A stretch of 64,000 nt of DNA from Planctomycetota bacterium (GCA_965223845.1 CBDCXR010000004.1:7552001-7616000); one strand, 5' to 3'. Counted from the stretch's first letter, positions 49,726-60,336 are shown. The notes: generated by a model not told the origin, from the sequence alone. Numbers and translations are program-made.

Positions 49726-52185
49726 TCAGCCCGCCTGTGAGCTCTCCGGCTCGAGCGCGTTCAGCACGACAGCGTCGCCGTCGAGCGTCGCCTGGGCGAC
49801 TTGGCCCTCTTGGATCTGTCCGAGGATGATCATCTCGGAAAGCGGATCCTCCACCCAGTCTTCGAGAGCGCGCCGAATCCCGCGCGCCCCCGTGCGCTCA
49901 CTGTGTCCTTCGGAAATGATCTTCGCCTCGACGGCCTCGCTGATCTGTAGCTGGAGTCCGTGGCGGTCTAGGCGCTGCTGGACCTTCGCGAGCTCGAGCT
50001 TGAGGATCGCGCGGACTGCCTCGTCGTCGAGGTAGTCGAAGGTGACGATCGCATCGAGGCGGTTCAGGAACTCGGGGCGAAAGTGCTCGTCGAGCTCCTG
50101 CCGGATGAGGTTCAGCTGTTCGCGCCGCTCCGAATCGTCCTCGCTCTGGCGGAATCCGAGGCGCGACTGCGAGATCGACCGCGACGCGCCGAGGTTGGAC
50201 GTCATGATGAGAAGGGTGTTCTTGAAGTCGATCAGTCGACCGAAGCTGTCGGTGAGTCGGCCTTCTTCGAGGATCTGGAGGAGCATATTGGTGAGGTCGG
50301 GATGGGCCTTCTCGATCTCGTCGAGGAGGACGACCGAATAGGGTTTTCGCCGGATCTTTTCGGTGAGTTGGCCACCCTCCTCGTAGCCGACGTAGCCGGG
50401 CGGCGACCCGATGAGCCGAGAGATGCTGTGCTTCTCCATGTACTCCGACATGTCGAGCGTGATCAGGGCGTCTTCGCTCCCGAACAGGAACTGCGCGAGC
50501 GCCTTCGCCATCAGCGTCTTCCCGACGCCAGTCGGGCCGACGAAGATGAATGACCCGAGGGGGCGGTTGGGATCCTTGAGGCCCGCCCGCGAGCGACGCA
50601 CGGCGCGCGCGACCGATGTCACGGCGCGAGATTGACTCACGACCATCGTCGAGAGCTCGGCTTCCATCCGGACGAGCCGTTCGGTTTCCTCTTCCTTGAG
50701 ATTCGAGCTCGGGATCCCCGTCATGGCGGCGACCGTCTCGGCGACGTCGCTCGCGCCCACCTGGCCGTCGATCTCCTTGCTCGATCGTTTCCAGGTGAGG
50801 ACGATCTGATCCCGCTCCTCCTTCAGGCGCTCGACTCGGTCTCGGAGACGAGCCGCGACCTCGAAGTCCTGGCTGTGCACGGCGTGGTCCTTCTCCCGCT
50901 CGAGGCGGACGAGGTCGTTCTCGAGATTCGTGACATCCGGTGGCTTCGTCGTCCGGGCGAGTCGCTCGCGGGAGCAAGCTTCGTCGAGGACGTCGATCGC
51001 CTTGTCCGGGAGGAAGCGATCCGCGATGTAACGAGCGGAGAGCTCGACCGAGGCGGTGAGAGCATCGTCCGTAATGCGGACGCGGTGGTGGGCTTCGAAG
51101 CCGTCGCGGAGCCCCGTCAGGATCTCGACGGTTTCTTCCTTCGTCGGGGGATCGACGATCACCGTTTGGAAGCGGCGTTCCATCGCGCCGTCCTTTTCGA
51201 TGTGCGAACGGTACTCGTCGAGCGTCGTAGCACCGATGCACTGAATCTCACCGCGCGAGAGCGGCGGCTTCAGGATGTTCGAAGCGTCGAGTGAGCTCTC
51301 CGAGGCGCCGGCGCCCATGATCGTGTGGAGCTCGTCGATGAAGAGGATGATGTCCTGAGCCTCGACGACTTCCTTGATGATGCTTTTCAACCGCTTCTCG
51401 AACTCACCGCGGTACTTCGTTCCCGCAAGCACTGCCGCGAGATCCAAGCTGACGACGCGCTTCGTCGCGAGGACGTCGGGAACTTCCTTGTCCGCGATGC
51501 GCTGGGCGAGCCCCTCGACGATGGCGGTCTTGCCGACTCCGGGCTCACCGAGGACGACCGGGTTGTTCTTCGTCTTCCGACTGAGGATCTGAATGATCCG
51601 CTGCGTTTCCTTCGCGCGGCCGATGACGGGGCCGATCTTGTTCACCCCCGCCTGAGCGGTGAGATCGACGCTGAACGATTCGAGGACGGTGAGTTTTGGG
51701 TTCTGGGATTGCAAGAACTGGTACTTCTCTTCTTTGGAGGGTTCTTTGGGATCTCCGAGGATCGCAAAGATGCGTTCCTCGAGCGCTTCCGCCTGAATTC
51801 CTAGGCCGGAGAGAAGACGCGCGGCGCAGCCTTCGCCTTCCTTTACGAGGCCCATGAGAAGGTGCTCGGTCGTTATGAAGAAGTGCCCCCAGCGCACGGC
51901 CTCGTCGCTTGCGAGCTCGAGGCTACGCTTCGCGTGCGGAGAGAAGGGAATCGCCTTGAGCGCGACCGCCGGTGGTACGCCCGCGAGGGCTCGATCGACC
52001 TCTGCTCGCAGCGTGGACGGCTGGAGATCACACCGCCGGAGTGCCTGCAGCGAGACGCAATCGGTCTCGTGGAGCAAGCAGCTCAGAATGTGTTCCGTCC
52101 CGATAAAGTCGTGGCTGCGCTCTTTCGCTTCGTTTCCCGCGGCGAGCAGAACTTGTTCCGCTTTTTCGGTGAACTTGACGGCCAT
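49726..52185 (-). CDS. clpC: ATP-dependent Clp protease ATP-binding subunit ClpC
   Basis: Clp-N repeats 'GTEHIL' / 'TEHLL'; 'GEPGVGKT'; UVR motif '[11 protein letters not shown]'; 'GPTGVGKT'; 'GSPPGYVGY'. Confidence 0.95.
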   Translation of the reverse strand: MAVKFTEKAEQVLLAAGNEAKERSHDFIGTEHILSCLLHETDCVSLQALRRCDLQPSTLRAEVDRALAGVPPAVALKAIPFSPHAKRSLELASDEAVRWGHFFITTEHLLMGLVKEGEGCAARLLSGLGIQAEALEERIFAILGDPKEPSKEEKYQFLQSQNPKLTVLESFSVDLTAQAGVNKIGPVIGRAKETQRIIQILSRKTKNNPVVLGEPGVGKTAIVEGLAQRIADKEVPDVLATKRVVSLDLAAVLAGTKYRGEFEKRLKSIIKEVVEAQDIILFIDELHTIMGAGASESSLDASNILKPPLSRGEIQCIGATTLDEYRSHIEKDGAMERRFQTVIVDPPTKEETVEILTGLRDGFEAHHRVRITDDALTASVELSARYIADRFLPDKAIDVLDEACSRERLARTTKPPDVTNLENDLVRLEREKDHAVHSQDFEVAARLRDRVERLKEERDQIVLTWKRSSKEIDGQVGASDVAETVAAMTGIPSSNLKEEETERLVRMEAELSTMVVSQSRAVTSVARAVRRSRAGLKDPNRPLGSFIFVGPTGVGKTLMAKALAQFLFGSEDALITLDMSEYMEKHSISRLIGSPPGYVGYEEGGQLTEKIRRKPYSVVLLDEIEKAHPDLTNMLLQILEEGRLTDSFGRLIDFKNTLLIMTSNLGASRSISQSRLGFRQSEDDSERREQLNLIRQELDEHFRPEFLNRLDAIVTFDYLDDEAVRAILKLELAKVQQRLDRHGLQLQISEAVEAKIISEGHSERTGARGIRRALEDWVEDPLSEMIILGQIQEGQVAQATLDGDAVVLNALEPESSQAG

Positions 52186-52588
52186 GAAGGTCTCCGGAAG
52201 CGCCAGGTCGTACTCGGCCTGGAGCGACAGGTGGGATCGATGGATGGATCAGTCTCGCGCGGGCCCCGACGACTAAGTTCCGGTTCTCGTTGCGAAACGC
52301 CTGAGGGTGGACGGTGATCAAAACGCGCAGGTCGAAGGCGTGCGCTGCGTTGTTGTTCGAACTCGTGTTTCCGAGCGCGTAAGGCCTAGCCCTCGCAGAG
52401 ATTCGGCAACCGCACGAAGGCCGGCGCAACTCGCGTTACGCGCGGATCTCGGTCGCGTGGTCGCTCCCCTATCGTCGGTGTATTCTTGCGAGAACGTTCT
52501 CCTTCTCCGGGGCGAACGATTTATCAGCCTTCCTCATTGGGGTTGCTCCCGTGAACGGCACGTTCAGTGCCGAAAGATACAGAACGTG

Positions 52589-55500
52589 ATGGAAGAAACG
52601 CACCTCACCGAGAGTCGTCACTTGGCGAACCAAGCGCGTGTTCCGCAGCGAGAGTTCCGACTCCTCGTCGAAGGGATGCATCGCTGGCTCTCCGAGTTGG
52701 CCGGCGAGCGCTCCGAGCCTGCGCCGTGCGTCGGATTCGTACGCGGCGAAGCTGGGCGTGGAGGGCGTCAGGCCTTGCACGCTCTGCGCGGGATGTGTGA
52801 GCAGCTCGGAATGGAGGTGCTGCACGTCCGCGGACGCGACGGCTCCGGACCGTCCGCTTGGATCGGTTCGCTCGTCGATCAGTTGCTTCGCTCGGTACGA
52901 CTTCCGGGTGAAGAAGAGAACGCCGGTCCGAATTCGCGGATCGAAGTTGCGCCCGACATTCTAGCGGTGCTCGCGAGCGTCACTCCGGGCGCGGGGTCGA
53001 TCGATGGCGTCGCGCCGGCGCCCGATCTCGGACCCGCGGCGAACGTCCACCGCCTGGCGGACGCGGTGAGTCAAACCCTCCGCGCGATCGCGCGTTCGCG
53101 TCCTGTCCTCGCGGTGTTCGAGAGAATCGATCTCGCGGGCTCCATCGCCGCGGAGGTCGCGCAACATCTGGTGCGCGTTCTTACGAAGGCGAACTCCGCG
53201 CGGCCGGAGCGGGTCCTCGTCGTGGCGAGCGCCGCCGATGGCAACGATCCGTCGCTCAGCTCGCTCGTCGAGGTAGCGGACCGCACCGTCTTCGAGGTCG
53301 AGATGCGCGGGTGCTCGCGAGACGATCTTCAGGAGCTCGCTCGCGTGCTCGTCGGGGCGGAGCTTTCCGTCTCGGAGCGCGAGCGGGTTCTCCGCGCCAC
53401 TCGAGGTCGAATCCGCCACGTCACGTGGCTCCTTCGACTGGCGGGCGATTCGGCCGCGGGAGTCCGCGGGTGGGATCGCTGGCTCGGACTCTCGTTCAGT
53501 GCGCTCGTCCGCCTCCGCGCCGAGCGCCTCGGTGCGCTCGAGCGGGCGGTCGTGAACGCGCTCGCCGCGGCGGGTTGCGCTCTCCCCGAGGCTGCGATCA
53601 TCGATTCTTTGCGCGTGACCGCCGACTCCGCGGACGACGATGCGCCGGCGGCGGCAGCGATCCGGGCGGCGATTGCGGAAGCCCGGGAAGCGGGCTGGGT
53701 GAGCTCGTCTCCCGACGGTCGCGATTCGTCGGGGATCGCCTACTCGATCTGCGACGCTGAAGTCGCGGAGATCGTCCTCCGCGACCTCTCCTCGGCGGCT
53801 CGCTGCGAGGTGTTCGCGAGCCTCGTCGCCGCACTCGAACGAGCGAGCTCTGGCGACGAGCGCTGGCTTCCCCTTCTCTCGCGTCTCGCGATCGAAGACC
53901 TCGAACGCATCGACAACCCGGGAGTCATCACGCGCGGATTCGACTACCTCGAGCGTGTCGGATGTGCGGACGAAGTCCTCGAGCTCCTTCCGGCCGGAAT
54001 CGAGCTTCTCGCGGCGCGTGCGCCGGCGGACGCCGATCCTTGGCGCGCTCGCTACGCAGGGCTGCTCGAGCGCACGGGGAGGCTGCACGAGTCGCGCGAA
54101 GAGAGCGAGCGACTGACCGGTGAGGAAGTCGACCGCACGATCGCGGTCGAGGCCTGGCGACGGATCGGCGATATCGCGCGAGCGGAGGGTCAGACGGTAG
54201 ACGCGGTGAACTGCTACCGCCGGGGACTCGAGCGCCTCGACGAGGTCGATCGGGCCCTCCGCATTCACTTGCTGCGCCGGCTGGCCGAAGCCTGCGCAGC
54301 ACTGGGCGACCGCGACGCGGCACTGCGCGCTCTCGCGATCGCCACCGATGGGATCGGTGCCGCGGATCGGGAAGACGAGCTGCGCCTGACGCAGCTCACT
54401 CTCGAGCTCTCGCCGCCCGGAAAAAACGCGGGATCGATCCCCGCACGCACCACAACGTGGTCTCTCGGACTGCGGGATCTCTGCGCGGGGGTGAGGATCT
54501 GCCTGAAGATCGCGCGGCTCTGTCGCGAGCGGGCGGAGCTCGGTGCGGCCGAGGAGTGGCTCGACGCCGCCGACGAGATCGCGGCGGCCAGCGGCTCGCG
54601 AGAGCTCGTCGCCGAGGTGCTCTCCGTGCGGGGCGAGCTCGCCCTCGAGCGCGGCGAGTCCGAGCTCGCCCTCCGGCTTCTTCGCGCCGCACGAGAGACT
54701 CTCGAAGAGTTTGGCGCCGGAGCCGCGCTGCGGGAGCTCTACGGATCGATCCTCGAGGTAGAGCTCGCGAGCGGAACCTTCGACGCCGCCGGCCGGACTG
54801 CGCGTCGACTTGCGGAGTCCTGGGCCGAAGAGGCGCCGGCCGACGATCGACCGTTTCGTCTCCGTCCCGAGGGGCGCGAGCGACCGCAGCGGATCGCCGC
54901 CCTCGAGAAAACGGTCTACGGCGAGGCGCCGAGCAGCATCCACGACCATCTCGAGCTGCTCGTCGCGGCACTCGACTCGGGACAGCTCACCGAGGCGACC
55001 GAGCACGGCGGCGCGCTCGTTCGAAGCGCGCGCCGCGACGACGCGGACGAGTGCGCAGTCGTCACCATGGCCGGTGCCCTGCTCGCGCGGATCGAAGCCC
55101 TTCGCGGCGAATACGACGGAGCGCTTCGCTGGGTCGCCGAGGCACTCAAGGGGCAGCGCGGCGTGCCGGATCGCCGCGTGGTCCAGGCGGCGTTTTCCGT
55201 TGCCGGCCGCGTCTCTCTCGAGCGCGGTGAGCTCGCGCGCGCGTACCACTACTTCCTTCGCGAGCTGCGTCTCGCACGCGAGCTCGGATCCGCGGACCGC
55301 CTGGGCCTCGCGTACATCGATCTCGCCGACTTTCTCATCGAGGGCGGGGCTCTCGCTGCCGCGGAGGAGATCGCCCGCGGAGCGATTCAGCTAGCGGCTC
55401 TAGCCGGTGACTCTCGCGTCGAGCTCCCGGCGCGACGCATCCTCGCTCGCCGAGCCGCGCTCGCCGGAGAGACGGACGTCGCGCACGCCGAGCTCACTCG

Positions 55501-55978
55501 GGCCGAACGTCTCGTCGCCCGGCTCGAGCTTCCGGTCGACGCGTGCTTCCTTCGCCTCGAACGAGGTTGGCTGGAAGTGGGGCGCGGCGACTTCGAGCGC
55601 GCGCTCGTCGTCGCGCGGGAGGGAATCGAGATCGCGCGAAGTAAGGGACTCCACCCGCTACTCGACGATTTTCTCCACCTCCTCGGTGCGATCGAAGGAG
55701 CGCGCGGCAACGCACGCTCCAATTTTCTCCGCGCGCTCGAAGCGCTCGAACAGGCCGTCGCCGGCGCCGAGGCGCGCTGTCGCCCGCAGCGGAGCTGGGA
55801 GGCGCTCATCGCGATCGCCAAGGCCTACGCTGAGCGCGGGAAGCTCGAGCTGACGCGACAGTACGAAGCCCGTGCCCGCGAGGTCGAGTCGATCGCACTC
55901 CATCCGCTGCCGGCAGAACTCGCGAGTCTCTCGTGGCAGAGTCGCGTGCCGCTGCAAGCCTCGCCGGTCGCCGTGTAG
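52589..55978 (+). CDS. Large STAND-like (degenerate AAA) + TPR helical-repeat protein
   Basis: Walker-A-like 'VRGEAGRGGR' lacking Lys, Walker-B-like 'VLAVFERID', 'TRGR' motif, then more than 700 aa of TPR-like helices; start uncertain. Confidence 0.6.
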   Translation: MEETHLTESRHLANQARVPQREFRLLVEGMHRWLSELAGERSEPAPCVGFVRGEAGRGGRQALHALRGMCEQLGMEVLHVRGRDGSGPSAWIGSLVDQLLRSVRLPGEEENAGPNSRIEVAPDILAVLASVTPGAGSIDGVAPAPDLGPAANVHRLADAVSQTLRAIARSRPVLAVFERIDLAGSIAAEVAQHLVRVLTKANSARPERVLVVASAADGNDPSLSSLVEVADRTVFEVEMRGCSRDDLQELARVLVGAELSVSERERVLRATRGRIRHVTWLLRLAGDSAAGVRGWDRWLGLSFSALVRLRAERLGALERAVVNALAAAGCALPEAAIIDSLRVTADSADDDAPAAAAIRAAIAEAREAGWVSSSPDGRDSSGIAYSICDAEVAEIVLRDLSSAARCEVFASLVAALERASSGDERWLPLLSRLAIEDLERIDNPGVITRGFDYLERVGCADEVLELLPAGIELLAARAPADADPWRARYAGLLERTGRLHESREESERLTGEEVDRTIAVEAWRRIGDIARAEGQTVDAVNCYRRGLERLDEVDRALRIHLLRRLAEACAALGDRDAALRALAIATDGIGAADREDELRLTQLTLELSPPGKNAGSIPARTTTWSLGLRDLCAGVRICLKIARLCRERAELGAAEEWLDAADEIAAASGSRELVAEVLSVRGELALERGESELALRLLRAARETLEEFGAGAALRELYGSILEVELASGTFDAAGRTARRLAESWAEEAPADDRPFRLRPEGRERPQRIAALEKTVYGEAPSSIHDHLELLVAALDSGQLTEATEHGGALVRSARRDDADECAVVTMAGALLARIEALRGEYDGALRWVAEALKGQRGVPDRRVVQAAFSVAGRVSLERGELARAYHYFLRELRLARELGSADRLGLAYIDLADFLIEGGALAAAEEIARGAIQLAALAGDSRVELPARRILARRAALAGETDVAHAELTRAERLVARLELPVDACFLRLERGWLEVGRGDFERALVVAREGIEIARSKGLHPLLDDFLHLLGAIEGARGNARSNFLRALEALEQAVAGAEARCRPQRSWEALIAIAKAYAERGKLELTRQYEARAREVESIALHPLPAELASLSWQSRVPLQASPVAV

Positions 55979-55990
55979 CGGGCCGAACCT

Positions 55991-56083
55991 CGCCTTCTAC
56001 CGAGGCGCCTTGTACCGAGGCGCCTTGTACCGAGGCGCCTTGTACCGAGGCGCCTTGTACCGAGGCGCCTTGTACCGAGGCGC
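55991..56083. repeat. 15-bp tandem repeat x6
   Basis: Unit cgccttgtaccgagg; five identical copies plus one with a single mismatch. Confidence 0.95.
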
Positions 56084-56137
56084 AGTGAGGAGCGGGCGTT
56101 GAGAGGTGCGCCGTCCGTCATGGGAGCGGCCACCATC

Positions 56138-56173
56138 AAAAAAAGGACGTCTCAGAGGAGTTAAGACGCCCTT
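56138..56173 (-). terminator. Rho-independent terminator on the minus strand
   Basis: RNA gggcgucuua-acuccuc-ugagacgucc followed by U7. Confidence 0.8.
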
Positions 56174-56233
56174 AGAAAAGAAGTGAAGAGAAACTTGAAG
56201 TCTCGTTTGGGGACCGGTCTCTCGACCGATCAG
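56138..56233 (-). ncRNA. Candidate small regulatory RNA (~96 nt)
   Basis: Near-consensus promoter, 5' GNRA-capped hairpin, C/U-rich linker, intrinsic terminator; no ORF inside. Confidence 0.65.
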
Positions 56234-56239
56234 GTTCGT

Positions 56240-56268
56240 ACTATACTTGAGCGGCCAGAGGGTGTCAA
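56240..56268 (-). promoter_or_regulatory. Near-consensus sigma70 promoter
   Basis: Minus strand TTGACA(56268-56263)-N17-TATAGT(56245-56240). Confidence 0.8.
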
Positions 56269-56576
56269 CCCCTCGGGAAGACAATCTCGGCGAGAATCCA
56301 ACAGCTTTCTCTGATCTGTAACTCTTTTGTTTGCAGTGGTTTGTGGTCGCATTCAGGGCGGGCGTTCCACAAGGCTTCTCGCCAGCCGATTTCGTTGCCG
56401 GCGCGACGACAGGATTCGGCATCGGGACATCGGATTTCGCTGCGCCGAGCGGGTCGAATCCTCGCGAGGAGCGAGAACGACGCGACGACGTTAGGGAATC
56501 GATCGTCGCATTCGAGCGCGCGAACCGGGGATTCGACGAAGCCGGCCTAGATCGGAACGGGACTTGAAGCCGCCTC

Positions 56577-57245
56577 TCACGGGGCGCTGAGCGAGAAGAT
56601 GCGCCAACGATTCTCGACGAAGATGAGCTGATCGACCCCGATCTCGACGTACGCACCGTCGATCTCGACCGCCAGCGAGCTCTTCGTGAGGAGCGGGTAC
56701 GCGTCTCGAAACGCTCCCTGGGCGCCCGGCGCGGTGACGAGGTCGCCCGGTCGCCATTGCCACTCCGTCGCGGCGCCGTCCTTGACCGCGCCGATCAGCT
56801 GATCGACGATTTCGCGGTTCGCCGAGACGATCGCGGTGCCCATGATTTGAAGGTGGGACGGATTCAGGATGCGCCGCGAGAGCTCTTCGTCGACGAGGAG
56901 TTTCTTCGCCGCGTCGCTATCTCCCTTCTTCATCGCCGCGATGAACTCGTCGACCGTCTTTTTCGCCGCGGCGAGCGCCGTCGCGTCGGCGATCGTCGCC
57001 GCGGGCGGCGAGGTCTCCGCCGGGGTGAGGGCGCTCTCGATCGTCGCCGCCGCGTCGGGGGTCGCGCCGCTCGTCCCGGTGCCGGCGGGCTTGGGCGAGC
57101 TCGTGGCGTCGGCGGGTGTGGATGCGGTCGGGGGTTGCGCGCTGCCCGGCTCCGGATTGGACGGTGTGTTCGACTGCGGGGTGCAGCCGGCGAGAATCGC
57201 CGCGGCGGCGGCGATCGCAAGGCGGGTGGTGAGTCGTTCAGTCAT
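56577..57245 (-). CDS. Hypothetical lipoprotein
   Basis: Lipobox 'ILAGC', Pro/Thr/Ala-rich linker, small C-terminal alpha/beta domain. Confidence 0.7.
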   Translation of the reverse strand: MTERLTTRLAIAAAAAILAGCTPQSNTPSNPEPGSAQPPTASTPADATSSPKPAGTGTSGATPDAAATIESALTPAETSPPAATIADATALAAAKKTVDEFIAAMKKGDSDAAKKLLVDEELSRRILNPSHLQIMGTAIVSANREIVDQLIGAVKDGAATEWQWRPGDLVTAPGAQGAFRDAYPLLTKSSLAVEIDGAYVEIGVDQLIFVENRWRIFSLSAP

Positions 57246-57607
57246 GCCGTTCGTGTCCGGGTTGGGAGTCCTGGTCGCGACGCCGAGGTCGGCGTGGGGC
57301 TTCGATCTTACGAGGTTCCGGTTCGCGCGGCGGATTCGTGATCCTTTCCGGCGCGCGAGCGCCGAATCTGGCTCTTGGGCCTGAGGTTCCGGGGAGCCGG
57401 ATCGGAGTTCTTCTTTTGTTCTGTTTCGAGTGATTGAGGACGCTTTGGATCGGGTAGACAGCGACCCAGTGCACCCCCAGAATGGAGTCAGAGGATGGAC
57501 GCGAGGCCGTTGCGGACCGCTCGAGCGAGCGGCCAGCCCGCTGTCCGGCTTCCTCGCAAGCGGCCTGCCAATTCGGGCATCGGCCGACACCGACGCGAAT
57601 CAGTAGC

Positions 57608-57659
57608 CCGCCCCGGGATTCCCCCATACTGGATTTCCCCCCTCCCGGGGCGGTTTTTT
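57608..57659 (+). terminator. Intrinsic terminator-like hairpin on the plus strand
   Basis: ccgccccggga...tcccggggcgg followed by T6; C-rich loop. Confidence 0.55.
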
Positions 57660-57706
57660 CTCTGGATCCGCCGGTCCCGTTCGCTGCGCCCGCATCAGAG
57701 CCCACA

Positions 57707-59629
57707 TCAGAGATCGAGGGATGCCTGCTTCGAGACGCTTCCCTCGCTCGTCGTCGCCGGGCGACCGACGGGGAGCAGACGGCCGCAGCTTCCGCAGCTC
57801 GTCTCGCTTTCCTCGCCGCGGTGGCCGCAGCCGCGGCAGTACCGGTTGCGCAGGGTCGACAACCGCTGTCGCGTGTTGCTCACGTACGCGGTGATTTCCG
57901 GGTCGTTTCCCGTGTACGCCTGGAGCATCGTCCACGCGTCGCTCTGGCTGGGGCTCGGAAGAAGCTCACTCTCGTGAAGAGACACGATGCGAGCGTGCGC
58001 GGCCAGGTGATCCGGTGCGCTCCTCGCGACGTAGGCGTAGCTGAGGTAAGCCGCCTCGAAGGATCCGAGGCTCTCCTGCACCATGCCGAGGCGCACGCGA
58101 ACGGCGTGGTCTCCCGGGCGGGTCTCGAGATGGAGCTGGTAGCTCTCGAGCGCCTTCCCGAACGTTTTCACCTTGTCGAGGCCCTTCGCTACCCGATCGG
58201 CCGGCGCATCGGGGCCGTTCGTCGACGTGCCATCGTCGGATTCGGTCTCGACCGCGTGGCGCAGCTTCCACAGCTCGACGACGTTGTCTCCGTAGAGGAC
58301 GATATTGCGAAAGTAGTTCGGCGGGCGCTTCTCGGGGAGGAGCGACGCCGCTACCTCGTCGAGGAGAAGCGACGATTCGCGTTCGAAGACGCGGTCGAGC
58401 TCCTCGTGGAGCTTGGCGCGAAAGAGGGTCAGGCCGCGCCCGTGATAGTCGCGTAGCCGACGGTCGACGTCGTCGCTTTGACGAGCCGGAAAAACGCGCT
58501 TCAGCTGATCGAGGAACGGCTTCGTTTCGCTCATCGCCGCCAGCTCGAGCGCGCTCTCGACGGCGGGAGTGACGTCGGTGTGGATGCGCGCTCGTGCGAG
58601 CGCGCAGGCGTAGTGGCCGAGCCGCCGCGTCGCATCGACGTCCGCATCGAGCAGCGGCGTCGCCATCGCGTCGACGCGCGTCCAGTACTCGCGATCCGCC
58701 CCTTCGAATTCGAGGAGCCGGCGAAAGAGCGGGACGAAGCGCGCACCGTGAGTGGGAGCGTAGACCTGAAGGACGCGCGCGAAGTCGGAATAGAGCGGAG
58801 TGAATGTTCGCGCGCGGTCGTGCTCGAGCGCGGCGAGGAGGTTGTCGAGAACCCGGCGGTGCGCACCGTGCTGAGTCTCGAGGGCGAGCGCCAAGTAGTA
58901 GTGACCGCGCGGATTCGGCCGGCCGGCGCGATCCGTCTCGACGGTAGAGCGCTCGAGAAGATCGATCGCCTGTCGGTTCTGGCCGCGCAGGTAGAGGCAG
59001 ATACCCTTCCCGAGCAGGCAGTCCGGATCGTTCGGGGCGAGATCGAGCCCGATCGAGAAATGATGCTGCGCGGCGCGTAAGTCTTCCGTGATTTCGGTGG
59101 GTTTCGCGTTTCCGCTGCGCTCGACGAGCGACGGCTGGAGGAGGAGCCAGCCGAGACGTCCGCGCGCGGTTCGTTGCTCGTCGTGCGGTGGCAGCTCGTG
59201 AGCGAGCGCGATCAGCTCGCGGTAGCACTCCTTCGCATCTTCCGGCCGACCGAGCACCTCGAACGCCGTGCCGCGCAGGAGGAGCGCGTGGCTGCGCGCA
59301 GCGGGCTCGAGTCTCGCCTCCGTCAGTGCCTCGTGGAGATCCGCGGTCGCGCGGTCGAGGTAGCGGCGCCTCGGCACGGCCTCCGATTCGGCCTGGCCCT
59401 GGCGGAGGAAACACTCGCCGCGGGCGACGAGCGCTTCGACGTAGACGTGCGGCCGCGCCGTATCGACCGCCGTGGTGAGCTGGTCGATCGCGGTGTCGAC
59501 TTCGCCGACCGAGATGCTCTCGAGTCCGAGCGTGTACGACGTCCGGCTCTCCTGTGGCACCGGACTCCGGCAACTGACGGCCGTCAGCCCGAAGACGAGT
59601 GCGCAGGACCATCGCAGCGTGTTCTTCAC
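57707..59629 (-). CDS. TPR-repeat lipoprotein with C-terminal zinc ribbon
   Basis: 'LTAVSC' lipobox; multiple TPRs; 'CRGCG...CGSCG'. Confidence 0.75.
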   Translation of the reverse strand: MKNTLRWSCALVFGLTAVSCRSPVPQESRTSYTLGLESISVGEVDTAIDQLTTAVDTARPHVYVEALVARGECFLRQGQAESEAVPRRRYLDRATADLHEALTEARLEPAARSHALLLRGTAFEVLGRPEDAKECYRELIALAHELPPHDEQRTARGRLGWLLLQPSLVERSGNAKPTEITEDLRAAQHHFSIGLDLAPNDPDCLLGKGICLYLRGQNRQAIDLLERSTVETDRAGRPNPRGHYYLALALETQHGAHRRVLDNLLAALEHDRARTFTPLYSDFARVLQVYAPTHGARFVPLFRRLLEFEGADREYWTRVDAMATPLLDADVDATRRLGHYACALARARIHTDVTPAVESALELAAMSETKPFLDQLKRVFPARQSDDVDRRLRDYHGRGLTLFRAKLHEELDRVFERESSLLLDEVAASLLPEKRPPNYFRNIVLYGDNVVELWKLRHAVETESDDGTSTNGPDAPADRVAKGLDKVKTFGKALESYQLHLETRPGDHAVRVRLGMVQESLGSFEAAYLSYAYVARSAPDHLAAHARIVSLHESELLPSPSQSDAWTMLQAYTGNDPEITAYVSNTRQRLSTLRNRYCRGCGHRGEESETSCGSCGRLLPVGRPATTSEGSVSKQASLDL

Positions 59630-60336
59630 GGCTCGAGTTCCGGAGAGAGGGAAAGGTGAAGTTGGATCGTGCGGCCGACGATCGTCTCGCCGCTTTCGTC
59701 CCCGGCGGACGTCGCCTCCACGTCGATCGCCGCGCTCATGGCGGCGCCGCGAAAGTCGCTGAGCGGCCGTTCCGTCACACGCTCGTCGCGAAAGAAGACG
59801 GCGAACGTGCGTGGCGGATCGCCGGGCAGGAGGCGGATGCTGCGGGGGAGAGCCTTCGCGAGGTAGTCTCGCGCCAGGTCGAAATTGTACCTCGCAGTAT
59901 GCCGGTAGAGGAGAACCGACGGGATGACGAGCGGGGCGAGGAGATACGCCGGAGTCTGGGACCGCTCGACGTCGGCGAGCACTCGGAGCGGCGCGACCGG
60001 CGAGAAGCGCTCGCCGTTCTCGAGGACGACCTCGAGGACTCGCCGCTCGAGCTCGAACGGCGCGAGGCTGCGGTTTTCGATCGCGAGGATGACCGGAAAG
60101 TAACCGTGGTTCCGCAGTTCCCCGCCGAAGTAGTGGGCGCTCGCGGCGGGTGAGGCGATCAGCTCCGCGGCGAGGACGATCCCTTCGCTCTCATGGCGGT
60201 TGTGGTGCGCATGAGCGGGCCGGTCGGGGAGGGAGAGGGCGTCGAAACTCGCACACCCGCAGGCGACCGCGCTCAGCGCGGCGACGCAGGCGGCGTTCGC
60301 GAGCTGCTTAGCTCGATTCTGAGTTGGGATGAGCAC
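59626..60336 (-). CDS. Hypothetical lipoprotein
   Basis: 'AVACGC' lipobox-like motif; stop overlaps the next gene's start. Confidence 0.6.
   Translation of the reverse strand: MLIPTQNRAKQLANAACVAALSAVACGCASFDALSLPDRPAHAHHNRHESEGIVLAAELIASPAASAHYFGGELRNHGYFPVILAIENRSLAPFELERRVLEVVLENGERFSPVAPLRVLADVERSQTPAYLLAPLVIPSVLLYRHTARYNFDLARDYLAKALPRSIRLLPGDPPRTFAVFFRDERVTERPLSDFRGAAMSAAIDVEATSAGDESGETIVGRTIQLHLSLSPELEP

Noticed and set aside
55991-56083. Possible CRISPR array
   Set aside because: The units are 15 bp and contiguous, with no unique spacers and no cas genes in the window.
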